64,000 nucleotides of DNA from Setoptus koraiensis (lineage: Eukaryota > Animalia > Arthropoda), in contig CM106586.1 in NCBI GenBank assembly GCA_048013815.1, positions 16,368,001 to 16,432,000 of the forward strand, in the 5' to 3' direction. The position numbers were made by a program, and so were the translations under genes. The notes beneath the pieces were generated by a model. The model worked only from the letters and a program-made list of their open reading frames with translations. It made no database searches and was not told the origin of the DNA. Below, piece by piece: positions 13,901 to 27,460 of the stretch; the first letter of the stretch is position 1; each line of letters starts with the position of its first letter.

Positions 13901-15005
13901 CTTCAATGAGATGTTGTTGGTCAACTTTGAGGAGTCTTGAGGCTACACTTGCGCTGGGTGCACTTGAATCAGTGAGTTCTGTTGCATCAAGATTATCTAT
14001 GACCGTCGCTTTATAACGTATATTACCTAGATGTAATAATGAGGCTAATATCATAAGTAGTTCCCAGACTTCAGCATCATCGAACATGAGAATTTTCATG
14101 GCGTTGCGAATGTCAAGGAATTCATGCTTGTCATTTCTACCATCACAGGATATGCAACCGCCTTGAGTGAGATAAAAAAATTCTGATGCGTCGACGAGAT
14201 CTAATTTGGCTTTTTCCTCTAAACTCATACCTGCTAACATACAATAAAATATATGGTAATTCCTCTCTTGTGCTGCTTGGCAGACTATTCTTGATTTTTC
14301 TAATAGATATTGATCAATTTTTGCTCCTTCAATCACACCTTGCTTATTAAAATGTATGTCAATATATTTACCAAAGCGACTAGAATTATCGTTGCGAACT
14401 GTTTTCGCATTTCCGAATGCCTCTAAAATAGGGTTTGCTTCGATAATTTGAGTTTGTATCCAAGAATGTTGGACGCTTATAGCTGCTAGGTATTTTAAAA
14501 TTAGTTTAGTTGATTCTGTTTTACCCGAGCCAGACCAACCGCTAATAACAACACACTGATCTTGGCCATATCTGAGCATATTAGTATAGGCATTATCGCC
14601 GATGGCAAATATATGAGGCGGTAATTCACCGATTTTTCTATCTTTGTACAACTTGGTTTGCTCGGCGTTATATATAGGAAGTATTTGATAGGGGTTGACT
14701 GCAACTAATATCGATCCTGTGTAGGTATATATAAGTTTATCTCTGTAACGAATGAGTAAATTTCGCAAAATTCCAGCTTCGTGCAAATCTCCGAGGGATA
14801 TCATGTCTTCGACCCCTTTAAGGGAGGACGGGTGCATGCACCTGATCCTTCTGGTTGGGGCGAGAGAGATCTCATTGCCCTCATCGGTGAGCACTTGTAT
14901 TTGTCTGCCATTGCTAGACAGAACACATGCTCCTATGGCAACATCGAATTTTCGGTTGCTGTCCTGCTCCAACCAAATAAATTCCCCTTTCGTGACAATA
15001 ACCAT
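7972..15005 (-). CDS. ck: Myosin VIIa (crinkled orthologue), ~2235 aa; exons 15005-8712, 8614-8498, 8397-8194, 8064-7972
   Basis: N-terminus MVIVTKG...[24 protein letters not shown], motor domain ([16 protein letters not shown]), IQ motifs, MyTH4-FERM-SH3-MyTH4-FERM tail. Spliced C-terminus ...[12 protein letters not shown]...[21 protein letters not shown]...[12 protein letters not shown]...*; all exon lengths fit the frame. Confidence 0.96.
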
Positions 15006-17112
15006 TTTTAGAGTTCTCTTGTGGCTATGCTGTAGATGTGAGAATTAATCAGATTTTGAAGTCTCTTCTTTATGATTAGATGGATATGAAAGGTAGTTTT
15101 TGAGTCTCTAGAGTATTGGATTATAAAATATTGAAATAGATTCATTTCAAATAATACTATATTTTCATTTCAGATCGTTGTATTCTTGTTGTCGCCTAAT
15201 GCCTTGCCGAACACGCAAGACTGAATTATGGTTGATGAAAATACAAATCTTAGTGGTCCTGTTCTCCTGTTCGATCTATGAAGAAATTGATTGATATGCA
15301 ACTATGGTTGTTTCAAAATTCCAGAGTATATCCCTCAGGAGCAATGTTTATATAATTGTTCGTTTGAATTGTATCGTATTATTTTTGGACACGTTGTGTG
15401 ATGATGGACAACGACCGCCGACAAGGTTAAGAATAGCTCAAACAGAATAGAACGAGACTACAATTTCCAAGAAGTTGTGCGACAACAAACAGTGTAGTAG
15501 TTCGAATGAGTGGAATTCGAGTATTCGTTCTATTACTTGTGGTATAAGTGACAGCAGCAGCAGCAACAGCAGAAGTCATAGCGAACTGGTCCAAGCACCT
15601 GTTGTTGTTGTTGTTGTTCCTGTTGCTGTTGCTGCTGTTGTTACTATTGCTGCTGTTATAATCAGTCGTGTAATGAAAAGTCTCTTATTGTTGTTGTCGT
15701 CATTGGTCGGTGTGTGTGTGGGTGTGGTGGAAATAATAATCTTTAGAAATGCCACACAGAGTTTATCTAATTCGTTACTGGTTTGTTCGTGAGTTGTCCT
15801 ACAGTGGCACAAGCGATAGTTATGGCGGCGGCTACGGTGGTGGTGATGGTGGTAGTTGTGGTAGTAGTGGTGGTAGTGGTTGTAGTGGTGGTGGTAGTGG
15901 ATAGGAGGAGGACGATGACGAGGACGACGACGACGATGAGCTTTTCGACCACTACTACTTAAATGGCGCTTAAACCGCGACGAGAACAATAATCGATACC
16001 GATGTTGCAGATGATGATGTCGTGATCATTGTATTCAATTTGGGACCACTAAATGTATAACAAATGTTTGTACAAATGTGAGCTTCGGGCAGGTTATGGA
16101 CATTTTCGGAAAGAGAATGGAATAAAAATGATGCTTTAAGAACCGGTGTTTGTTTGTGCGTGTGTGTGTGAGTGTAGATATTGTCACACAATTAACTTTT
16201 CAGGATGTTGCACTAATGGCGCATTGATGCCTACTAAATATGTATTGTCTTGCGCGAACAATTGCTGACAGTGTGTGACAAAAACGGCGGATGTAACTCA
16301 TTTAGGTTTGCAATTTTGGTTGTTGTTGCTCGCGTTGTTGCTGTTGTCTCGTTTTCATTATCACTGGGCTGGCTGTAGGTGCACTGGGCAATATGCTCGA
16401 TGGTGACGAATTAGTTATTCGCCGACAAAGTCAGACAAATTGACACAGTCCGACTATAATTGAATTTATTATTGCTGGATAATCGTGGCTAATCGCTGAC
16501 GACGACGGTGCGATTGGCTCGTTGATTGGCTCGGCTCGTAGATTGGCTCGGCTTGTTGATTGGGCTCGGCTGGTGCGACGCGACAACAGGGTGGCTGGTC
16601 TTGAGACACAAAACATTGATTGGTGCAATTACAAAATGATGAATTTGTCGCTCGACGAACAATGGCGGCGATCCTGCGCTGGAGCTGGCATGAGCGGCCT
16701 GTGGGGCATCTAAGTGTCGCGCAACAATTAACAGTGATACGGCGATGATAATGATTTTGAATTAATTTGTTGCAGTTGCCACCGATAATGAGCAGCCGAT
16801 GATAATTTGCAATTAGTCGAGTCTAATATGCGTTTATTTGCAAATGTGTGATATGTAGTGTGTGTGATGATAACAAAATGGTAACAATTTTGTTGGCGTC
16901 GGTGCGCAACAATTCGGCGGCGGCGGCGGCGGACGAGCGAATGTGAGACTGCAATAGAACAAAATATATAATAATAAAACAGAGAATGGCTGCCATCGAG
17001 CGAAGACACACACACTCAGTCGCCGAACAAACGAGAAATGGTGCTCATTCTGTGCTCGCCATTCTACGCTCGCTCGCTCGCAGTATGCAGTTCCCCTGTG
17101 TAAGCAGCCAGC

Positions 17113-17149
<37 letters not shown>

Positions 17150-18383
17150 CGAGTGTCTGGCACTGGTGGTAGCGGCAGCGACGGCGACAGCGACGTCGAT
17201 CAATTAGCTCACACTCACACACACTCGCTCGCAGGTTCGTCAGTGGCCGCTCGAAATAGCAGAGAGCGGCCCGAGGGGGCAGCAACAGGCTGTGTTGCAT
17301 GCGCGCCGGAGGGGCCGCGCCAGCTTGCACAACAAAGTTGGCTTATCGTGTGTCCACTCGCACACTCTGCCCGGCGCACTCCTGGGCAAGCGAACGCTCG
17401 CCAGGCACCGAACGAGACTCACACACACACACACACACATACTCAGGTTCGCAACTCTTGAATCATTCGAGTTGAATGCAACTCGCAAGTTCGCTGGCCG
17501 ACAGTGTGTTGCCGCGGCAGACTCAAGTTCGCCAATCAAGCCGCTCAACAGGCGAGTGTGTGTGTGTGTGTGTGTGCGTGTGCTTGTGTGCGGTGTGCTT
17601 GTGTGTGTGTGTGTGCTTGTTGGCCCATTTTCACGGAGAGAAAAAACACCAACAAAAGTATAGGGTGTCTCGAGAGCAGCTCGAGCAGGTGGTCAGTGCG
17701 GACGGCGCTGTGCGGCGCGCAACCGCGCGCAAGTCCGCCGGATCTGACAATTGTGACTCACAAATTGCGAGTGTGCCCAGTCGGTTGCCATGGTTGCCCG
17801 CTCGCCCGTCGGCTCAGTGCGCGCCGGCCCGGAACAGCCGCCGCTCGTTCGTTCCATGAACCTCATAGGTGCATTGCGCAAGCCACTGCGGCCGCCGCCA
17901 TCGTCACCTCGAGCGGCCTTTTTATCCAGTGACACCCTATATGTCGGTGTGTGCACCGAACACAACACACGATTGTGTTTCGTTCTCGCTCGTCGTCACA
18001 CTAACTATGCGTGGGCAAGCTCGTTTGTTTGTTTGTCCGTTTGTCCGTCCGCTTGACGCTGCGTCCGTATGTGTTGTTACCGGCCTCGGCCTGGGAGACG
18101 GAGGAGAGTTCGCAAACTCTCGTTCTCTGTCAACCTGGCTCGCTCGTTGCATCGTTTTTGCACTAATCAGTGTGCAACGGCTATTAGACATTTGTAGCCA
18201 TCGCTGACGCAAGCCCGGCTTGCAACAAACGTTCGTTCGGCCGGCGGGACTCGATTCGGTTGCTGTATATGTATTGCTGCAAATGTATTGCTGTACATAC
18301 TGTATATGCAGATGTGTACAAATGTTCTGTCCACCCAAGCGCCTGCGTTATTAGCGATAAAGCACTTGTTGCCGTTGTTGTTG

Positions 18384-18422
<39 letters not shown>

Positions 18423-20356
18423 TTGTTGTCCGATGACTCGGAGTCGGTCGGTCGCTATTACGTAACGCTGGTCGGCGGCTCATCGACATACCCGAGCCAG
18501 TTCATCGCTGTTGCGTTGCTACGGCCAGCGCCGGTGCTGCCACCACACGTAGACCGGCAGCACAGTGACAGCGCAACGAACGAGGCGTCCTTTGTTCGCA
18601 GTGGCCGCCCGTCTAAATAAATTATCTGGGATGATCTGAATGATGATCATTTCTGAGACAGTTGTGAGTTGTCAACCGACGTTCGCATAGATCACACGCC
18701 GATTGTTGTGCAGCTTGCCAGACAGCGCCGGCCCGACAGTGCCGGCCAGACACTGATGGTCGATGTGCGCGCCTGATTGACTCGGCTCACAGGTGACTCA
18801 AGATCAACAACTCGAGCTCGTCTGCCACAACTAATCACTATCTAAACAACAATGGTCGTCACAACGCTCGCTATGTGACATCTCTCTGACTGTGACACAG
18901 ACTGTGACACAGACTGTGTTTGTGTCGGGCGCGTCAGGTGACGCAACGAGCCACTACGTTGGCTCGGTTATTCGGTATATTGGGCCAATAAATCGCGCAT
19001 CGGCAAGAATTATTGTTTTGACGTTGCGCAACGTTGTATCACACACACACACAAGTTGTGTGACATAACACATTGGCTGCAAGCTACAAATTTACAGTTG
19101 ATTGATAGATCGGTATTGGCATTGTTGTTAACGACTACTAGCGCAGCCGATAAAATGAAGACATTTATTCTGTGTTTAATCTTTTTTCTTGGCCACCGTT
19201 TCCATTGTGCTGGCGCGCAGTGTCCAGCGCGCATCGGCCCTAAACGTACGGCTGGCCAATTCATTTATATGGAGATAAAACCCGATAAATGCCAGCAGCA
19301 GCCGCATTCTATATGGCTGGCCATTCGACTTTGCTTACATAAGCTCCACACAAGCCTTGAAATGTGTGTGTGTGTGTGTCAGCTCAAGCAAAACAGCAAC
19401 TGGCTCGGTGTTGCGACTGGCATATAGTGGCTGCTGCTGCCTAATAGCGCCATTGTGTATGACATGAGCGATAAATGTTGTACAGTTCATCTAACAACAA
19501 AGTTGATATCTTTTGAGAGAATTGCCATGGAGTGATAGAATGATAATGCTGTAATAATGACAATCGCTAGACAAATACACAACTCAATGATATCTTCTTT
19601 TTTCTCCTTCTTCTTCTGCCTTTTTTATCCCCCGTCTTGCTGCGTCTCGGCTTGCATACCTCGGCTAAGCCAGGTCGCTGCCATGGACGGGCCAGAGTGA
19701 GCTGGCAGCAGCAGCGGCAATTACTAGCGCCGAGCAGATAAATAGTGCAGTGCCAGAAGTAGGGGCAAGTTATACATGAATGGCCGCAGACAGGCCCTGG
19801 TGTTCGGTCGCACTAGGCACTATGATAGTGGCACTGTGCTCACCTGGCGACGCTGACTCTCTGTCAAGCTGTCGCAACTGTCGCTCCACGACACTGTCAC
19901 AAGCCGGCCGCATAATAATATTAGGCCTTTTTTATTGGCAGCGCACTCAACATGCCGGAGCGAGTGTGTAGATTCACTTTCAATTACTACTGCTGCTGCT
20001 GCTGCTGCTGCTCAGATCAGATCAGATTGAGCGCCATCAAGACGAGAATCAAGACGACGAAAATTGTCACCAGTGGTACCTGTCGCATCTGCTGCATGCG
20101 GCTCATTAGGCTGTTCACACTGGGCGCAGCCAGTTAATCGTGGGCTCGGGGCAATAATCGTCGCTTGCATGGCGCTAATTCTTCGTGTTGTTGTTGTTGT
20201 TGCACTCACTTAAAACAGCAACAGTGACTGTTGAACAGTCACTCGTTGGAGCGACTCATTTCATGCCATTTATGTATTATGCTGGCTGTTACTATTATTG
20301 CAAATATTAATCAATATGTTCATCAGTTCATGCTCGCTCGCTCCATGCTCCGCCAA

Positions 20357-20434
20357 ACAGATACACAGCCCGACAGGTACACAGCCCGACAGGTACACAG
20401 CCCGACAGATACACAGCCCGACAGGTACACAGCC
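20357..20434. repeat. 16-bp tandem repeat ACAGRTACACAGCCCG x~4.9
   Basis: Read directly from the sequence. Confidence 0.92.
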
Positions 20435-20777
20435 AGCAGCCAGTGAGTATGATGTAATGGGGTTTAAGTTGATGTGCGTCCAGTTACGGTTGCGGCCGTG
20501 TAGCGGCCTTTATTGCGGCAATAACAGTGACACCGGCGACTAATGCTCTAATGACCATTGACGAGTCGCCTGTTCGGCCGCAGCCAGTTTTGAATTTAAA
20601 TTGAGCCCGTTTAAATTAACTGCTACCTGTGTGAGTGACAGGCCGGCGGAATGTCACTCGAGAGCTCGGGAGCCCGAGTGCTCGAGCACGAATGTCCGAA
20701 GGGGACCCGCTGGCCGCGGTTCGGCGACCGGCGAGTAAAAGTTTAGCCGCTCCGTTGTTTGTCTCTCGGCCCGAGTC

Positions 20778-20834
20778 TCGGGTATGTTTGTCGGGCATGT
20801 TTGTCGGGTATGCTTGTCGGGCATGCTTGTCGAG
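20778..20834. repeat. 13-bp tandem repeat TCGGGYATGYTTG x~4.4
   Basis: Read directly from the sequence. Confidence 0.9.
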
Positions 20835-23800
20835 TATCACTGCTCGCCGGTATCACTGCTGGCCGGTATCACGGCCACACATAGGCCATCGGCGGCGACC
20901 GGCTGGACATGGCGCGCCGTGTGCGAGAGGCACATCCAGCGGTAATTACTTTCTGGCTTGTCGAACTGGTGGCTTGTTGAGCCGGTGGCTTGTTGAGCTG
21001 GCCAACGCCAGCGAATGAGCCAGAGAGCCACTCGACAAGCTAATGCCGGCGCTCATCAGTGTTGATCGCAGTCAAAGTAATCATTTTCATCGGGCTCGTC
21101 ATCGGCGTCGGCGTCGTCGTCGTCGGCGTTTAATAACAATCAGCAACGTTCGCCGGCAGCGGCAATTGTCTATAGTCATGATATAACAAACAGAGCGGCC
21201 ATTGTGTGGTCGGCGCCGGCCGGCCAGGTCTGGATGGCGAGCGGCACGCAACGGATCGCCCTGTTTGTCATTAGTTGGCAACATGACTCTTGAGCCAAGT
21301 GGCCACAATATACCGTTGGGCCATCATGCATCGTTGGCGCAATTGTGAGAGCCCTTGCTGCGACCACTTGTTAGCGCTCAGCGCACTTGTTACAGCGCAC
21401 TTGTTGGCATCATCGGGTGAGAGTGGCGAGCGGGCGAGCGGCCAAGCGAGCATATTGTTTGCTAATAGAGGCTATTCGTTAGTGCGCAAAGGCCACCGTT
21501 TGCAACGGCAGCAGCAGCGGCAGCGGCGCCAGAAGCGCCAGCAAATGGTCCGAATAAGACACTGGCAATCGGACACCGACGCTCAAGCCGGCCAGACCGG
21601 CCAGACGCCGGCCAATGGCCGGCAACGCAATGAGCGGCGATGTTTACTTAGTTGAAACGGGTCAGACCATTACCGGCCGGCCAAGCGGCTCTTACGGCAA
21701 CAGCCGGCCGCTGTCCACTGTTGGCAGCCGAGGCAGCGGTGCGGCTGGGCCCATGTTGGCGCAAGTGTGTGTGATGGATGAACTGCGCGCAATAATGGAC
21801 GAAGAAAAATGACTCTGTTGTGAAACTCTTCATCTGATCTGACGTAATTTATACTAATGGATAAATACCACCAATGGACTCGGCGGCAATAGTGTGTGTG
21901 TGTGTGTGTGCGTCTATTCTATTAGCGTCTGTGTCCCGTCCACGTTGAGCATGTCGATCGAGAGCTCACAGTGACTGTAATACAGTCGTCGTCGCTGTTG
22001 TTGTTGCTGCCGCTGCCGCTGCTGCTGATGTTGTTGTTGTTGTTGTCGTTGTTGTTGCTGATGTTGTTGTTGTTGCCGCCGTTGTAGGAGATGGCACCAT
22101 TACACAGACGGAGCTAGCATGGAGTCTGTTTTTTGGCTGTTGTTGTTGTTGTTGTTGCTGCTGTTGATGCTGCCGCAAACGGGGCCGTTCGCAAAAAAGA
22201 AAAGGAAACCGAAATAGCTTGTCAGTTTCATAGCTGATAATGATGATGATTGCATGATTGAATGGCGCAAGCGGCCACTAGTTGTTGCTGATCATCTCTC
22301 GTCAGCGTGCCGTGTTGAGCCAAACACAAATGATACTTTTATCAACTGGCACACATGCCCGTATATTCGCATATCTATCTCACTATTCTACTTGCTCGCC
22401 CATTCGCTGACCGTTGACCGCCGCCCGGGCCGTTGCGTTGCCGGCTGTACAATCATAAGCTGCCGTCATAAGCTGCCGATTGATGCCGTTGCTGCTATTG
22501 TCGGACACACAAGCTTACACCGGACACCGGGCGCACACACTGGGCGCCGCCACAACAGCAACAAAGCCGCAGGCCGTCTCGACAAGACCCTTCGCGATAT
22601 TCGCCAAGATATGGCGGCGCAAGTATTAATTGGCACCGCCATCTGGCCTTTATCTAGTTCATTGACGGCTCATCGGCCGTTATTGGCGGCCATTAGTGCC
22701 GGCCTGGTGGCGCCTTCGGGCCTCACAACAGCAACAGCAACGACAACACTGACAGCGCCGACAACACCGACAACGGCGACAACGGCGACACCGGCACACC
22801 GTGCACGCTTGATTGTCCTTCGCTCCAGCGATACAATCTCCCGTTTGTCCTTCGACGCTGCCCTGTCCGATGGGCAGGCCGCAACTCTTTCGCTGGCTTC
22901 GCCCGGCCGCCGAGGCGGCCGGCGAGCGGCCAGTTGGAAGCTCTCGCAGTCGCCGGTCCGGCCGATTCGGCTGATTCGGCCAGTCGGGCCAGTCGAGCCA
23001 ATTCGGCCGGTCCGGCCAGCCAGTGCCCAGAGCGCACACATGCACCGGCTCCGTGAGGCATGTCGATGTGTGTCTCTGCAAATTAGTGTCCCGCCGGCCG
23101 ATGTTGCCCCTGCAACAATTTGCTGCACTGCGCTCAATTGGTCCGGTCGCTCGCACAATTTGTCCGGCCGGCACTACTATGCTACTATGTGTGCTATGTG
23201 TATTAACTTGCGATGTGTTATGTGGCGCGCCGAGATGCGCCACAATAACTGTTGCCTGTTGCACGCCGCTCACCTGTGCGCTCAACGCTCAACACTCAAC
23301 GCACTGACCACTGGCGCAACAACAATAATGAACTCTGCTAATCGAGTTACTCACACACACACAATCGATGATGGATTCGAATCAAATTGAACCCTCGCAA
23401 CTTGCCAGTCGCAAGCCAGATATCGATTGCGTTCCGACATGAGTGATTGCCGTCGACGATGGCGCGCCGCAACTCGGACCGCGGCAGCGACAACAACAGC
23501 AGCAGCAACAACAACAACAACACTGTAACACATTGGCTAATTTGCATTTGCTTGTGAGCCCATTTAAGGTGTCATACTGCACTCCTGTTGCTGGCCATTG
23601 TTTCGGCCGGTCAGCTCTTTGTTTTTCGCTCGTCTGTCGTGTTGCTTGCCTGTCAACTGGTGGCCCGATGTTGGCAGCCAAACAATTTACGTAACGCACA
23701 GCCGAGCTCACATTACATAATGCAAAACACAGCGCGCGCGTTGTCTCGCTCACTGACAGAATGACCCAATGAGTCATCATATTCCGCTGATACGCTCAGC

Positions 23801-24528
23801 AACACCTGAGCTCAACCACGACGACGCCCCGACCGGCGCTGTCCATCGCGCTCGCCTTGCCGAGCTCGCCTTGCCGCGCTCGCTGGTCGGCGGCCCAGCG
23901 TGATACTGCCGGCCGCTGGTCGGATCACACTCGCTCGAGCCGCTCGACCGTCAGCGTATATGTGCGATACGATTTGACTACGACATCCAATCACACCGAT
24001 GGGAGAGGCCGTTTTGTGGGCAAACGCGAGCCAGACAGCAAACCGGGCATGTCGTGTCAGCTCGGCTCGGCGTTTGTGCCGCTGTCCGCCAGGCTGCCGC
24101 TGCTGCTGCTGCTGTCGCATTCTTTGCCTGTCAAGCGCCACGGCCGTCGAGCGATGTTGCCGTCAAACGTTATTGTTATCAAACAACCGCTACTGGCCAC
24201 AATGTCCAACCGACCGCAGAGTCAACAAACAATGGCCACTGGTCACTCAATTAAATTGCTACACGACGCCAGGCGAGTAGCCAGCGAGCGAGCGGCCACA
24301 CTTGGGTTATTATCAACTTATTTATAATAAGGTCCAGTTAGCTGGAAATCAATTCGATACGGTGACAGCACTAATTGTTGGTTGGCCCGGCGCGCATGAC
24401 AATCCAGAGTCAGTCTATCAAGACCACTGCGGCAAGACAAAAACGGTTCCTAATTAGTGTGACTTCGGGCCGGTTGTGTGGCATCATGTTTTGATCGGGC
24501 ACGATGATTGATACGATCAACAACGGCA

Positions 24529-24625
24529 ACAACAGTGACAACAACAGCGGCGGCAACAACGGCGACGGCAACAACAGTGACAACAACAACGGCGGCAACA
24601 ACGGCGACGGCAACAACAGTGACAA
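24529..24625. repeat. 42-bp minisatellite x~2.3 built from CAA/CGG triplets
   Basis: caacaacagtgacaacaacagcggcggcaacaacggcgacgg repeated with one substitution. Confidence 0.8.
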
Positions 24626-25800
24626 GTGTGCATTGTGTGTCGCATCGCGCCGATGACCATTGTTGTTGTTTCTGTTTATGATTATGTAACTATGTGCGCC
24701 GCCGTGCGCACAACATGAGCGGCCGTCATGAGAGTTCAACAAACAACGTTCGTTGGCCCATGGCAAACCTGTTACTATTAAATTGGCGGTACCAATCAAA
24801 TTAACCACCAACTATCTGGCAATATTTCACCGCCGAGCATTATTGCTCGGCTGAGGGGCGCACAGCACTCAAATCGATCCATTGAACACTGCAAGCTGAT
24901 AGACACAACGATGATAGCAATAACAGCAAAGGAATAATTGGCGAATTCTCTCGGCGGCTCTCTCGCTCTATACACTTCGAATGCACACTTCGAAGTTGCA
25001 AGAGTCTTTATTACATATTACGCAGGCCATACAATATAACTAAAGCCAGTGCACCCGCTGTTTGGCCAATTATTGGTAATCCTTTTACTTGGCTCGCGAA
25101 CTCAACCGAATAGGAAATGGCTTGCGTGACGACACGATGGCCTCCATCCATCTATCTCTGTCCGCGCTTATTGTTGCTGTTGGTATCATCAGTCAGCAAA
25201 AATATAACGGTGTGGCGGCAAAATATAACGGCACAATATTGGCTAACCATCGTAACGCAAAGGTTGCTGGTCGGCATAATTTCTGCACTCGATCGTTTTC
25301 AATTGTGAGCTTATTGTGTGTGTATTGGCACTTGTGTAACAACGGGCAAGTTGTAACAAAATATACGAAAGGCAACAAAATCAATAATATCACAAATAAT
25401 TACAGCACACACACACACACACACAGATACAAAATGGCTGGCCCAACGAGCTTGTGCGATCAAATGGAATGCCCCGGCTAATTTAATTCATAATTCGCTG
25501 TGGCTAGAATGGCAAATTTCAAATTTCGAACTGCCAAGGTGAAGGATATTCGTTCGAACATCGTTGATACCGCGTTGAAAGAACGAACCGAGCCATCAAC
25601 AACCGCGCAGACAGGTGACGGCCTCTATCGTTGGCGTATCAAACTGGTCGCCGAATGTATGTATATTTGCTACATTTTTATTTGTACATTTACATTTGTA
25701 TCATCAATCTGTTGTAATCTCAGCAGTATTACAGTGCACGAAATTATTGCAGAGAATCGCATTGCCACCCCAGCAAGCTCATGAATCGCCTGCCTTTTTG

Positions 25801-26064
25801 CTATTTATTCCCTGAGTAAACCGTGGTCTCCGCATTGTACGCCGCAGACGCCTCATCAGCCATAGTTGTGTATCTGGCCCGTTCTTGTTCGCTCATACTT
25901 TTCCATTTCTCGACGCAACCCTTAGAAAATTCAACAAAATTTATGCTCTTGTCGGGATGATCTCTCTGGTGCTCGAGCCGGCATTGTTGAACGAAAAATG
26001 CGTACCCCAACATCGTTCCGGTTGGCCGTTCCGCCGGTGAATCGCGTTGCTCGTTGTCGGACAT
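25801..26064 (-). CDS. Single HMG-box protein resembling HMGB/DSP1 box A (87 aa)
   Basis: RPTGTMLGYAFFVQQCRLEHQRDHPDKSINFVEFSKGCVEKWKSMSEQER aligns with HMGB1 box A ([50 protein letters not shown]). ATG in cccaccATG context at 26064. Confidence 0.78.
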   Translation of the reverse strand: MSDNEQRDSPAERPTGTMLGYAFFVQQCRLEHQRDHPDKSINFVEFSKGCVEKWKSMSEQERARYTTMADEASAAYNAETTVYSGNK

Positions 26065-26669
26065 GGTGGGCACGTACGGTGACAGTTTGGTCTATCAGAC
26101 GGACAGGTTTCCTTGTTGGTGCAAATTGAGCTATTTTTTCATGGGCTTTTTATAGGTTACGAGAAGATGAGGGGGTTTATTTTGAAAATTTGTAACATTT
26201 CCTCGGAAAACGGTCGTTAAGAGCAGACTATGATTACTCACCGTTTGCTAGTCACCGATCGACTGTCAACGATTGAAACAAAAGATAAAAACACGTGCAA
26301 GACGGCAAACGACTCGCTTGTACCAGCGTGAGTGATTAGAATTTCATTCGAAATCCAAAATGTCCAAATGTGCCGAATATTCCGGATGAGTCACGCGTAT
26401 GAATGAAATGCTCGATTTGTACAGCTGACAGTGCGATAACAATCACATTCATTGACAACATGACATAATAACCAAAGAGATTCAGCTGATTGATGCCGTC
26501 GCTTTATACCTGATCCACAGTAAAGCCAGCCGTGCAAACTGCTGCCGTAACCGCGACACTACTGTTTCAACCGGAAAGCGGAAACAGCAGGGGGCCACCG
26601 ACGGTTGACCAAGCCACTGTCTATTAATATTAGTAATGGCGCTGCTGAATCGATGATATCCATGCATAG

Positions 26670-27460
<791 letters not shown>

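Larger units (their letters stand above)
15540..25480. repeat. GC-rich, simple-repeat-dense non-coding region: (GT/CA)n, (TGT/CAA)n, (GCT)n and short minisatellites
   Basis: Visible shift in composition. Dozens of di- and trinucleotide runs. All ORFs are overlapping low-complexity frames with no recognisable domain. Confidence 0.75.

Noticed and set aside
20357-20434. Short regular repeats as a CRISPR array
   Set aside because: Head-to-tail units with no unique spacers, no cas genes, eukaryotic context.
15475-25481. Dozens of ORFs in the GC-rich island, including the 378-aa ORF at 22254-23390
   Set aside because: Low-complexity translations of microsatellites, overlapping in several frames, with no recognisable motif or consistent splice structure.
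25500-25784. 94-aa ORF with a possible GTATGT donor at ~25658
   Set aside because: No recognisable homology and no partner exons identified.
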